Below, piece by piece: positions 26,401 to 38,729 of a stretch of 64,000 nucleotides of DNA. The notes under the pieces were generated by a model. That model worked only from the letters and a program-made list of their open reading frames with translations. It had not been told where the DNA came from and searched no databases. A program made the translations under genes and the position numbers. The stretch's first letter is position 1, and every line of letters begins with the position of its first letter. Source of the stretch: Raillietiella orientalis (lineage: Eukaryota); contig JAYWIR010000020.1 of assembly GCA_036172245.1 (NCBI GenBank), positions 434,001 through 498,000 on the forward strand. Reading direction: 5' to 3'.

Positions 26401-26880
26401 AGCAATACGTGCCGGAGGTTGCGATCCACGAGAAAAATGCATCGAGCAAATGGAATCAACTGGTACGCTTCGACTTCGAGCACGGTCGTCACGAACCCCC
26501 TTTTCCAAGAGGATAGCCTCGAATGTCTGCATAGAGGGAGAAGCGCGGAAAGGGAGGGGGAAGCGAAGGAAAAAAAAAAGACATTACCATCCGCTTCCAC
26601 GATTCTCAGGTCTCTGTAGACCCGTCCGTTTTTGCTGCTAATTAAAAGATGATCACCATCTGACTGCTTGGGCTACACGGAACGCTATGGCTATGGGTCT
26701 TACTGCTATTTCGGATCGGGTGGAAAATCTGCTGGGAGTGGGGAGCAGTTCCGTCTAACTCCCTACCAGTCTTCATCTGCTGATATCCTGAGAAATGTGG
26801 GTGAATTGCGCATCGCGAGCGCACCTCTCGCCGACGGTTCCGCATCGCAAGGAGCTGTCGTCTTGTCTGCCGTGAAGGAA
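23450..26880 (+). mobile_element. Decayed Ngaro/DIRS-order tyrosine-recombinase retrotransposon (gag - RT - RNase H - YR)
   Basis: Collinear motif remnants across several frames. Cys-rich gag end ...MALKMCP. RT: GARFGRLSGRTRAPQNFVVLMIS (cf. RFG.IPK..PG..RLI.DLS), STVEVSANLLDGHLAIFLKVCPRFKGGFQ (cf. TVD.A...G..AK.D.K.AFR), IGFLKSAGSHYF. RNase H: GIPLKELEALPMIANDLCLHLRWQQ (cf. I..KEL.PI..A..W...W). YR: VLFYLRRAYAS, QSYLAVQHL, IHFLGERSGHGEV (cf. FFGFLR.GE), VTNPLFQ (cf. KTDPFR), SGEQFRL (cf. SGHSFRI). Confidence 0.62.
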
Positions 26881-27279
26881 GAGGGGCAGGAAAGTCAAAA
26901 TCAAAATGGAAAGAAAAGGGGGGAGGGATGGCGGCGAGAGAAAAGATATGATCTCTCCGTAAGCTTCCTGAGACTGGTTTCTGAACAGGAGAAACATCCG
27001 AACTACCAGCCATTCACACGCACGATCTTACTGAAAAATGCTTCTCTCCTCTCCTTCCTCCCATGGCTAATGGTCTTCGGCTCTCGTCGAGGAGACACAC
27101 AAAAAAGGAAGAATTTTCAGAAAAAGGACGAGAGCTCCCTTCAGCCTTCTTCATCCGAACTTGAGATTTCTGTTGCCAACTCGATGCATAAGGTCTCGTC
27201 TCAACTGCCGTCCACTAACGCGTGTTCTTCAGGACATGGTGCTCCACCGTTGGGAGGAAACCAAATCGAGAAATCATTT

Positions 27280-30270
27280 CCATCTATCAGGGTGTCAAAC
27301 CGCACGAAATTCTTCCCGTCTCCGCATTAAAACTTTCGGAAAACTTCATCTCCTCACACACTTCGGATGATTTGCTCCCGATGAGAATTAATCCAGGAGT
27401 GCGCTTAGGGAATGGCCCTGTTTGTCTTCTCAGGACTGTCTGGATGGTACTTCGGAACGTGCCTTCCATCCCGTACATCAAAGATGGGAAGCCATGAAGT
27501 TTTTGTCAAAACTCCAAGGTCAACACTTCTTCCTCAGTAACGGACGGGGGACGAGGTTGCAATCCTCTCGAATGTTTACAGAGGATGCAGGTCTGACGAT
27601 GCACTGCGGTAAAGATTACCACCCTCCAGTTATCTGAGGAGCATAGATTTCTACTTGGGTTACTGTTCGTGACTGGAAGCCTGGAAAGAACCTGTAAGAA
27701 CTGGAAGAACCAAATTCCTCAAGAAAAGTTTCCATTGCTGGGCTTCGCGGTCCAATTGATGGTGAGCTGCTTCTCTTCTTGCATTCTCCTTTTTCTTGTC
27801 AGTATCCTCCTTATCAAGAATTCTCTATAGATCGAGACTTCTCTGTCCCTCTCAACGCTCTATTCCACTTTCAAATACAACCTCTAGAGAACCTGCTGGA
27901 CCTGGAGACCTCCGTCATTAAAGACCCAGTTTCTTCTTAGACCAGAAGATGGCCTTCACAGCAGTCTATAAAGCTCTCCCACTTGGCATCCCGAACTCTT
28001 CTCTTACCTGGTATCTCGCTCCAGAGGGGGCAGTTCAAGGATATTGCTAAATGCAGCCGATGGCGTTCTGTTCCTCATGGTCTCAAGAATGGGCTGCTCT
28101 TTGGAACTCCCAGGAATCATTCCAGGGGCGGCATCAGCTTCCTAAAGACATCATTTCTTCCAACATATGGCGAAGTCTGCCTCTGGCTGCTGTACCCTCT
28201 CCCCTTCTCCCTCCCTCTGCGAGCCCTCCCTCCGCGGTTAGGTTATAGGTGGAGGCTATAGGCACCCGTGGCTATAGGTGAGACCTTCTCTCCGAGGTGC
28301 GCATCCAGGAGGTCCTTTCCCATGTCCCTCATTCCTAGGTTCCTTCCCTTTTCATGCTGCTGCTCTGGAAACCAATGAGGATCTCCCAGCGTTCGAGGCA
28401 CATTAGGAAGCGTCTTCAGAGCTGCATCCTAGCTCTGCAGAGCCAATCCATCCTTAAGAAAAGAAGGGATGAAGGGGAAGCGCGGGTTCTTCCCAACAGC
28501 GGCGCCTGATGCGCTTATCATCTCAGCCCCCTATCTCGTGAGGAATCAAGCCGTCACTGGAAGAGATGGAAGAAGTCAAAGGAGCTCCTCCTTCCCTGGA
28601 GCACTCAGAAGGGCGGGACTTGCCCTGAAAGTAATGGAGTCCCGTGACCCTCTCCGTAGCATCGCCCGCGTCGGAGGCCGTGTGGTTACGGTGGTCTCCA
28701 CGCTTGGCATCATGCATTGTGGGTTCCGAGTTCACCCCACAAGATGACGCTGGTTGGTCTACATTCATCCGGGGGCGGCACTGGTAGCGGTTAAAACCGG
28801 ATGCCCCCGATGAGGGACGGGACAAATGGGAGTCGACCTCTGGGTCCTTCCAGGAATCACGGAGTGGGAGCTCCCTTAGGTTGTGAAAGAGCGGATCTCC
28901 CATTCTGGGAGGACCCTCCGCGTCGTACTGATGGAGTAGATGTGTCTCCACCACCTCTCCAGAGAGTGCAGAGAAGTGAGCCAATCCCTTCGGGGAAGCT
29001 GTGTCCTGAATTTCGGAAGCGTCCCTTCTGGGTTCTCTTTAGAGGAGTAAAAACAGGAGCGGATCCCTTGAAGGAGATCCTTCTGGAGAAGAAATTCCAG
29101 GAGTGAATCCTTTCCGGGTTCCCTTTAGAGAAGAAAGAATGGAGAGGACCACCCTAGGGTCCTCCGGAGAGAATGAAGAAGGAGATTCCCTTTAGGGTTC
29201 CCCTTCGGAGACAACCAGGGTGGAGGTCTGATCTCATCCCCACTTTCCAGGGGTATCCCTTTCCGGATGTGAGGGTAACGGAATCTAAGCCCTTCCAGGA
29301 TGCATAGGGCGGACCTCTCCCGGGGTACCCCTATCTTGAAGAATTACCCACCCTTGGTGGTGTGGAACCGTGTCGAAGAACGGCGAAGATAGGAAGAAAT
29401 TTCCATCATCCTCGACGCGGACATTCCGATTGCCTCCTGCTCTCTGACTTTGAGAACTCCTGAAGAGAGATGCTGCCTCCCCTCGAGGAACGGAAGTTGT
29501 CGGAAGAGGGTCATCTTGGGAGTGCCTTCCTTCAGGGCGAAATCGCCCCTTCCCCAACGTTCCTTTGGCGGGTACACCCGCGAATCGGAGAGGGGAAGCG
29601 GCTGGTGGCTGGAAGAGCAGCCCGAGTTGCCTCCACCTGGGAATCCTGGAGGGAGCCGCCTGTGCCCCAAGAAAGGCAGGAGGGATCCGAGTCAAGGTTT
29701 CTTGGTATCAGGTCGAAAGCTCCTGTGCCGCTCCAGAAATCCCCGAGTTCCGGTTCCTCCTCAGAGATGCGGGCTGTCGCCGTTCCGAGGAAGGTCATCC
29801 ACGTGCGAGGAGAGGTCGTCTCTTCCGTGGGCAGTGCACGGAGGGAAATCTCAGACGCTCGGAGAGGACATGTTCCTGGGGGGACGAGGAACCTTCCGCG
29901 CCTTTTCTTGCTCCTCTCGCTGTAGGATGGACGACGGGGTGAATTGCCACGTCTCTCCGCGGGAGATCGTGGAGGAAGAAGAACCGTCTCAGACTGCATC
30001 AGTCCTGCCGCCTCCTTTTGTTGGTAACCTTCCCTTCCATGCTTGTCGACGGGGAGAGATAGGGCAGGGGGACAAGGAAGGAGAGTGATCTCGAAGGTCC
30101 TCGACCGAAGTCGGACAGAGGGCGCTGTGCCTTGCCGACCGCTTTGCAAGGAAACGAGTGGCAAAAGAAGGCTTCCCGGGGGACTGGGTGCACCAGAAGA
30201 GAACAGTCTTCCCAGAGAGGGATCGCCAGGCAAACGAAGACGGGAATGACGAGAAAGCAAACCATCGATC
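27280..30270 (-). mobile_element. Decayed L1/Tx1-clade LINE (ORF1 zinc-knuckle remnant, APE endonuclease, RT N-terminus)
   Basis: In order on the minus strand: CHSFPCKAVGKAQ (cf. C..C...GH), QRNVG (cf. NVRG), LSGEVVETHLLHQYD (cf. GGDFN..L...D), LRDSWK (cf. L.D.WR), GASGFNRY (cf. SR.DR), RGDH (cf. SDH), SVTEEEV, and TGPFPKRTPGLILIGSK...FNAETGRISCGLT (cf. G.LP.....I.LI.K...LLN.D.KI.A..L). The GC-rich 30.3-31.6 kb block may be more ORF1 or 5' UTR. Confidence 0.58.
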
Positions 30271-33200
30271 CTAATAGTCGGATTTCCAGAGGATCTTCCT
30301 AAAGGAAGAATTCCCAGGAACTTAAGGGTTCCTGAAAGAGCCTCTGGAGGAGCAGACGTTGTCCCTGCTGAAGACCGAGGAGAAGGGTAGGGTGAGGTTC
30401 TGGTCCCTTCCTGCTAAGTTATTCCGCCCTCTCCTCCCTGATCCGATGCGTCGTGATCCCAGGGATCCGTCCCCAGGCCGTCGGGAGAGTTTTGCGATCT
30501 CGAGCGCGTAACCTTCGACGGGACCATTCCCCCTTTTCCTGGTTCCGAGAGAGGGATCGGGGAAAAGGGAGGGGAATCGACCATGGAGAGTCAGAGGACA
30601 GCCAGTGCGGAGCTCATCGTACCACTCGCGCGTCTCTGCGATCGAGGAGAAGAGTAGAGAAGGAGGGTCCCAATTCCCGGATAGTGGCCTGGGAAAGAGG
30701 TCTCTGGCTGGCAGACGTCGTGGAGACGCCGCGACCGCGGACTCACGACCCTCCTCGTCACCGAACTCTATTCCTTCTGGTGTTTTTCGGAAGACGGGAG
30801 AAAGGTACGCCATCGCCCTGCACTCTTTTCCCTTCCCCCTACCCCTGACTGCCTCCTCTCCTGCTTCTTTCGGGCCGCCGACGGTTTTCCGAGGGCCTGC
30901 TGCTCACCGAGCGAGGTGTCAGGACGTCCGAGTTCGGGAGGGTGGAGCCAACTGGCTGCCTCCCTGAGCCCCGTTCAGGACACTTAAGGACTCTGGGCAC
31001 ACTTCTCTTCTTGCTCGCGCGGGAGCCCCCGAAGATTGGGGAAGAAGGCAGGAAGGGAGGGCCAGAAGGAACCACAGGTCTGCTGCTGCTCTAGCGACCG
31101 AGTGCCGGTTGTGGGAAGAGGAAGGATCTCCGCCCTTTTCAAGGGAGGGAGGAGGCACGTGACATCTAGGGGGAGCTCGCGGAACTGCAGCCGGCTCCAA
31201 AGCTGCTCTCCCCGCCGGCTTTGCCTTTTTCCCTGAAATTCGAGGGGCTTCCGTGCTCCTCGCCAGCCATTCCCCCCCTTCCTGCCGTGAGTTTGCCCGA
31301 AGAGTTTTCCAGGAGCCCGCTCTGCATCTCTCGCGCACCAGCTGAGCCGAAAAGCGGTCGCTCTGGTCTCCGAGCAACCGTCCGAAATGGCAGCCAAAGC
31401 GGGAAGACGCGTTTCCGAGAACGCAAGGCCTGGGGTGGAGAAGCGTTTTTTTCTTTTTCAGCAGCACCCTCAGGAGCCGTAAGTTTCCCTCCTGCTCTGG
31501 ATTCAGCACGGTTCGGGAAATCGGCCATCGCGGTGGTAAAAAGGCAGACATGCTGAAAAACCAGTCGGTCCGCCTGAGACTCGAACTTTCTCGTGCCTTT
31601 CTAGAACGTTCCACAGTGGCGCTTTGTCTGATAAAGCGCTCCGCTTTCTAATTCCCACTTTGGACCGCTACGAGTGATGCCCCCAGCTTCTCAGAAATCT
31701 CTTGGAAAGAAGAAAAAAACAGGAAAAACAGAAAGACAGAGAAAGAGAGGGGGCGGAGAGAAATGAATTCCTCCAGACAGATTTGTGAATCGGGGGGCGT
31801 CACGAAACCACAGTCTTTCTTCGTTCAGTCTTCACCTATAGGGGGCAACTTGCGAAATAAATTGATGCAGCAGAGATTCCGCAAGCATGACTCGCTGACC
31901 GTAATCCACAGGCCTCCTCCGCTGTCTAGAATGTACATACCTTTCTGATCGTTACCTCATCTCCATGTGACACATGGAAAATGATGCAAGACCTCCTCTC
32001 CGAAGACAATCAGACTAATGGAAGCATTCTACTCCAGCGTTCCTTGTAGGAGGAGGTATCAAATTTTGACATGCTGGACGAGGAAACCCGCGCGTGCGAG
32101 AGACGTGAGCGAAAGAAGATGGTTCTCTGGATGAAAATCATCACAGCCACTCAAGGCTGCTCCGCCGCGTTTCTTCAGAGCGCAGGAAAATGTGGCCGAT
32201 GCCCCCCGTCTCTGCCGCTCCTCGAGATGATTACATGCTCCTAGGGTGTGCGTTTCGTTCTCGCTATCCTGCTGTGAGAGTGGATACGTGCACGTCGGAG
32301 ACTTTCTGGATGCTGGGTGACACGTTATTGGAGATATTCCTCTGTCGCAAAGTACGAAAAAGGAAACCACTGGCTGACGTATCCCGACCTTCCACTATGC
32401 TGTTTTTCTTCTTTTTTTTTTCTCCCTCTTTCTTTCTCATCATGATGCTTTTGTAACCCTTTGCTTCGTGCTGCTTGCATTCGCAAGAGCGAGGTGCAGG
32501 AAGTGGCGGCAGTTCAGGTTGCAACGGTTAAACAACGATCTGAACTCCCTGAGGCGCACCGTCTCTTCCTTGACAACGCTTGTGACGTCGGCAATGTTCC
32601 TTAGACTTGCTTAGTTTACCCGATCTTCCTTTCTATTGAAGCCAATTTGTTTAATTTTTAGGAATGGACTTCTGTCTCTGAAACCGAAGAACTGACTAGT
32701 GGAACTGGCAGCTGATCTGTCGAGATCTGAGCTCGGACTTTGTTGCGAAATTCTTCGTCTGCCCCTACAAGCGGAGACTTTCACTGCTTTCCGAGCTTTC
32801 GCGAAGCCGTCCGCAACGGCGACAAACCGTTAGCCGAACTCTGCGCCGGAAAGATGCAACCATCTCTCACGATCTTACGAGAACAGGCAGAGACTCCCCC
32901 ATCCTTCGATTCTTTCCGAACAAAATCCCACGTCCTGACGCAGAAGGTGGTTTCTCCTGCCTCGAGACACGCTCGCTGCCGTCTTCCTGCATTCTTCACC
33001 TGGGTGTGCGCTGCTTGACTCAGGCGCGTTTTTGGAAGTGTTTGGAAAGAACTCACTTTACCGGAACGAGAATCCTCCGAGCTAGCCAGCTTCCCGACCA
33101 GTTGAAAGCGAAAGGGTCCTCCGTCTTGCCCAGGGGGACTTTTGTCCCCTTCTCCGTTCTGTACGAAAAGTTTCAGGAGGGCACGTTCCATTTCCCCATG

Positions 33201-35539
33201 AGGACGCAAGCACTTCAAGTTGCAGGATGTGTTGATGAAGAATCACTGCAATCGCCTTGAGAGTTTTCATCGCTCGTGACCCGGGTCCACATCTGTTACT
33301 GTTCTCTCAGTGACTCACTGCTACTAATCAGTACATCAAGTTCTGTTGCTGGCTTTCGTTTCGAAGCTGATGCCATCGACGGGCAGCCACTCCAGTCGAC
33401 AAAACTCGCCGTATAACTGCAGACGTGTAGCAGCCGCGGGATCCTTCGGAGAGGAAGGAAGGATGAAGATGCTGTGAAAACAGAAGCGGAAAGTCAGAAG
33501 GGAAAACGTAGGCATGCAAGAACACTATTCCATAATTCCGTTTCTGAAGTACTCTCACTTGCTTATGAAACGTAATCCCGCTCGCTCAGGCTGCTTTAAG
33601 AGAAATTTTCTGCTCTGCAAGAACAAGAAGATCATTGAGACAGTATCGGACAAAGCTGATTTCGGATCACAAAGTAAAACGTGTAAATCCTTTCGAAGTC
33701 ACTGATCACTGCTCTCACGTAAAGCCGAAATGGGGTCTCAATAGATAAGCAATGAATCACGAGTGCTATTGAAGAAGCCAAAAAGAAAAAAGAAAAGAAA
33801 AGAAAAGAAGAGATGAAAAAAAATCATCATGTTCTCATCAAACTAAATTGCCTATCACTTTTGAGAAATGAAAGATGTTTCAGAGGCAGCTTGCACTTTC
33901 AAATGATAAGTAGCGATCCCTTTCGAGACAAGGCTGCTGTTAGGTAAAGGAGATGGAATACTTAACCACGTGGGAAATGGGATTATCCTCGAGTCATGAA
34001 GGAGGCCAGGATTCTGCATGCAGTAGATCCAAGATGCAAGTGTGTGCGCGTATGAGAGTGTTGACAGGGCACTTGATCCAACATTCCCTTAAAATGAGAG
34101 GACTTTTCCTTAGTAACTCGGAAATTTCGACAGGACTCGATGCTTGGTCACTGAGAATCGCTAGGTGTGCGTCTGAAATTTATGAGGTTGCTGCTCTCAT
34201 CATGTGACGAAAATTTAGAAGCAGCTCCTCATGCTGCAAGGCTCGGAGAACTCGGCCACACAAATCATACCGGAGTGCCCAGTGTGTTCGAAAGAACTTG
34301 GATCCTTCCAAGAAGTCGCAGCATATTACTCCTCAATCAGATAGGACGGTGTCAGCAAACATGCAAAACTGGCGTTTCTTAGGTTGATGTGTTGAAAATT
34401 TGCTGATATGAAATTTGCTGCTTCTCAAGTCTTCTGAAGCAAACTATTGAGTCTCAGTCCGGTGCGCAAAAGTCCTCATTATCTGTCGTGGAACTTATAA
34501 AAAGCTTCATACTGTTGTAATTGCCATTTGAGCTCAGATATGAGTAGGAAAGTGAGAAACTCCCTATTACCAACAAGTAATGGAATTCAGTCAGAATTAC
34601 TATCTCAGGATGGAGCTGCAAGACTGATTACCGGGAGCGGAGAGTTGATATGGATGTAGAGAAAGAAGCACTCATGGTAACGATGAGAACCGCAGAGAAA
34701 TGTGGAAGGTAGCTAAGAGCTACTAAGATAGCATGCATTAGAAGCAACAATATGAAAATATGGAAAATTCCTCAACCATTCATGTCCAGTAGAAGAGGAC
34801 TGTCTATTTTCTATTACTACGACAGCGATGCAAGGGAAAGCCAAAACTTACACAAAACTCTGAGCAAGAGCAATTTAGTAGTCAGGAAGCTCTGATCCTG
34901 GTTTTCGTCTTTTCCAGAGGGTTTGGAGCCTCCATCTCTTGTATATACCATCAAGGTGAGTGGAGGGCACTCTTGAAATTTTCACTTGCTGTATGGAGAA
35001 AATCATCACATAAAGAGGCTGTTTCAGGGAAACACGCCCACGAGACCTGCTGATGCAAACAGCACTATTTGGAAGCAAATAAAGATCGCAGCGAGTGTAC
35101 CGAGCAATACATAAATCTAACTTCGTGCAAATGCTTCAGAAGATTTGGACCTGATGGTAAGAGATTCCAAATAAAAGCACAAAGAGATCGAAAGAAGAGC
35201 TCTCCCTTTTACTATGCAATAAAGAAGGCTTGAAAACCAAGACAGGTAGCATTTACAAGGATGCTTGTACTTCAGTGTGCTTTCTCGGAAAGAAGATGGT
35301 GTGCCGAAGGGAATCTGAACTTCCAGGATAATGACTTATGCCTTATCATAGGCAATGCTTTTCGACTCGTGTTTTCCAGCTCGTTTACCTCTAATTCAGC
35401 ACGATTTATTTGCCTCTATCTACAGATCACATATCGGAACCTACCACTGGAACCTACTGAAATTGATCAAGAGTTGGAAGACGACTACCGCGTACTTTCA
35501 CGTTGACCTATTCCTTGCTCAGCAATGAGTCGCGCTCAG

Positions 35540-35990
35540 TGAATTTTCATTAGTGTGACTCTTAAGGATAACTGCCAAAATATAGTCACCTTGTCACTTG
35601 TGAGAGCTGCAAAGTCGCGACTATACGTTCTGAAGACTTTAAAGAATTTGATGACTTTTATATCGAAATCCAATGAGAGGTCATGGACGTTGTCAAGGAG
35701 CCTGGAGAGGAGTAGCTTGAAATATTGGAATTGTCTCACAAGAAGCATCGCTGCATGATTTGTTGCAGCTAGAAACAAAACATGTGTGGAAAGAAGATCA
35801 AAAAAAACCCTGCATTATCTGATCCTTCATAAAAAACAGCTGCCAAAATTCTTTCTACTTGCTGAAGAAGCCATCCCAATCTTTGGTGAGGACCAGCAGA
35901 AGACAGAACAAATCTACAAAATGAACAGGGCAGTCAGTGACGCCATTGCCCATGGCGAAGAGAAAACTACTCAAAAGTTTTCGGCTAAAT
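35540..35990 (-). mobile_element. Possible decayed pogo/Tigger DDE transposase fragment
   Basis: SDNAG resembles LDNA, FLAATNHAAMLLVRQFQYFKLLLSRLL resembles FLP.NTT..LQP.DQ..I..FK..Y.R.LL, and LTSDKVTIFW resembles the W..I.N.W region. Confidence 0.33.
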
Positions 35991-36559
35991 TTTCCAAGGG
36001 TGATATCATAAGGAAGACATCTTCCAGCTCACTTGCAATATCGATTCGTTGGGAATGTACCGCACGTGCGTTTCAAAGTGTACGACGATCATTAGTCGAA
36101 GGGACTGAACTCGGTTCCATACATCAGTGCTCATAAGGAAATGCTGAATGCAATTCCATGTTCAAAATTATGCAAATAAAAATACCAACTTGTGCGCTGA
36201 GCTCAGGTTCACATACGTGTGCTTCCACTGGTCTCCAAACATGGGGTTATATACAAATATGTATATTGAAGACATGGGATAAATATCTGTATTTATACAT
36301 TCATATCTATATCTATATGTCTACCTATCTATATATAGAAACGCCCACTGTGTGCTCAGATAAGTGTGTGCAAGGTGCATACACATGTGAAACGTGCTTG
36401 GATGATTAGCACTTGTTCACTGACGCCACATAACAGGGTTAGCGAACAAGTGGGTTTTTTCTGGGTGTTCATTTTGAGAGAAATGACCGCACGCAATACA
36501 ACACCTTGTTGTGCCAATCGTGAAAAATTTCGTCTGAATCGAAAACATCAGGGAAGGCC

Positions 36560-37430
36560 TGAACTGTGAAAGGTGAGCGTAGGTGTGATTTGTTCGGGTG
36601 TAACAGAAACTGAGGTCGTTCAGCACACGAAACACGAGTGAATTTCTAGGAGCAGGATTCGTGCGCGAGAAAACGTCGCCATGGGTTTTCGAAAGACTTA
36701 TTTACGATTTTCATTACGAAGCGACGAAATTCTCCCTCGAAATCTAGAATTCCCACGTAATGTTCTTCAACAGTGCTAATGAACAGGACGCTATAAACAC
36801 TAGAGAGGAAAAAAAAAGGAAGAATAATTTCATGATAGTTGTTATTCCTCGTGAAAACAACGTGCCCAACTCCACTCTGAACCACTTCTCGGTGCTCCTC
36901 GACTTTTGATGACATTCGCAAATGAGCGTATTATTTTCCCGGATGGATGATCATTTCCAAGATGAGTCATCTCACAATAATTGGCACGCGCTCTACAATC
37001 AACAAACCAGAACTGTAGGTAAAAGGCAATGGCACTATTGCTCGCTGTTCTGACCCCATAATACACTAAACCCCCATGTTTTCTGATTTCGTACACATCC
37101 GAAGACATGCTCCTACTGTGTGTTGGGGATGCCATACCCGATCGTGTCTTGGAATGATATCGAGAACATGCCTCGAACATCACATCCCGACATCAGCTGG
37201 AACTGATCCCAATGTAATCCCTTCACGATTCATCCCTTTCTGGTTTCTATTACTTCCCCGCCGGTCGGACATTTTAAATGCTTTGTCTTCGGAAATGTTC
37301 AGGACAGTTGCACTCACGCTTGCAAAGAGAAGCTGGTACGTGGCCAGGGCTCATGGTTACCGCGCACTCGAACTCCCGCCTCCGTCCTGTACGCCGTTCC
37401 TAAGCAACGCGCTGAACTTCCTTTCGAGAT
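36560..37430 (-). mobile_element. Decayed Tc1-like transposase
   Basis: RKHGGLVYYGVRTAS resembles KHGG.SVMVWG..A, FVDCRARANY resembles FIDG.M....Y, and the downstream VEEHYV...ENPWRRF resembles IE..W...EEW. Frameshifted. Confidence 0.48.
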
Positions 37431-38729
37431 GAGATTTCAGGTGAATCTTCCTTTGGGAGAAGGCATTCCCAGAGTTGTTTTATCCTCAGTAGGATCCGCT
37501 TCTTCGCTTTTTTGTTAAAAAAAAAAAAAATCCTATGAAGAAGTCATGACGACACTCTGCCTCTTAAAATGATACCGAAGCTGCAAGAAGCTCCCTAAGT
37601 GTTCCATGTTTCCCAAACACTCGCCACCAAGTTCCCCTGATCGAGTGATTGTTCAATTTAGACTCCAGTTTGCCTAGGAAACACCTAAATCCTTTCGGGA
37701 GGATTTCTACATGATCACATTTAGAAGCTGCCGCGGTTGCGTATGAGGTGAAGCAGACAGAACATTCTTAACCTTCTTCGGAGATTATCAGGAAGAGATG
37801 GATCCTGCAAATCCATTCTTCGATGTTTAAATTGGATCGAATGGTTCCCATGGGAAAAATCTGCCGGAAACATTTCTCTGGAATAAGAAAGTGGAATGAG
37901 CAAAAAGGGAGAGCAATGAAATAAGGATTTTCCTGGGAAAATCTAGAATTCGTGAAAAAGCAAATACCTGGACTTTTTAAACAAATTCATTTGCACCCCC
38001 GATGAGACTACGGGAACAGGGAGCAATTCTCCTGGATTGGCAAGACTCTTTCACTACCGTGATGGAGACTGTTTGCCGCGAGATGGATGGTGAGGTGCTC
38101 ACCGAAGCTAGACTGAAAGATCAAAGGAGCTAATCTGGGCAGAAAAAGAATGTTTCAAACTTGGAAATTCTCAAGAGAGAACTCCTGTACTGTTTGCTTC
38201 GAAATTCTCAAAGACGCAAGCATTGACTTGGGATGACAAAGAGAAGCGCAAGATGGTCACGAAAATCTGAGAGGAGCTCGGTTTGAGCTGACACGGCACA
38301 TCGTTTTCAAAAGAGACCTCAGAGTGCCTCCATCCAGCATCGAGAAGTTTCTTCCTTCCAAGTTCCGTGCATCCCCTTTTGCTCTCGAGCGCCATCATTT
38401 TCGTGCCAATGATTACTACCAATGGCTCTTTTACGTTTCCTGGTAACCGGCAAAAGACACGGAGTTGCAGCAGCTGTGGAGTGCACGAAAATTCTTGATG
38501 TCAGTTTGAAAAGAAAACCAGAGGGATGGCTAGGGTCCTTTCAAATTTACAAGGAGCAAGATTTCTTCCGGAAAGTTTCACTGCATCTTCCTTTTCCTGC
38601 AGCAATGTGCTTCTTCTCCCATTGCGATTGCGTAACAGCTCAGGTAAGCAAGGCAACTATCATTGCTACTTCTCTTCAAAGATTCATAGTGTTCAATGGC
38701 GTATGCACACTTGAAAGATAATTTATCCT

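Noticed and set aside
23730..29010. Multi-exon minus-strand host gene (several good AG acceptors, 231-aa ORF at 23987-24682)
   Set aside because: I could not chain the exons in phase without stops and recognised no host domain. TE motifs explain the region more simply.
32190..32610. PHD-like plus coiled-coil (KWRQFRLQRLNNDLNSLRRTVSSL) LINE ORF1 or host exon
   Set aside because: Too few conserved residues to support either reading.
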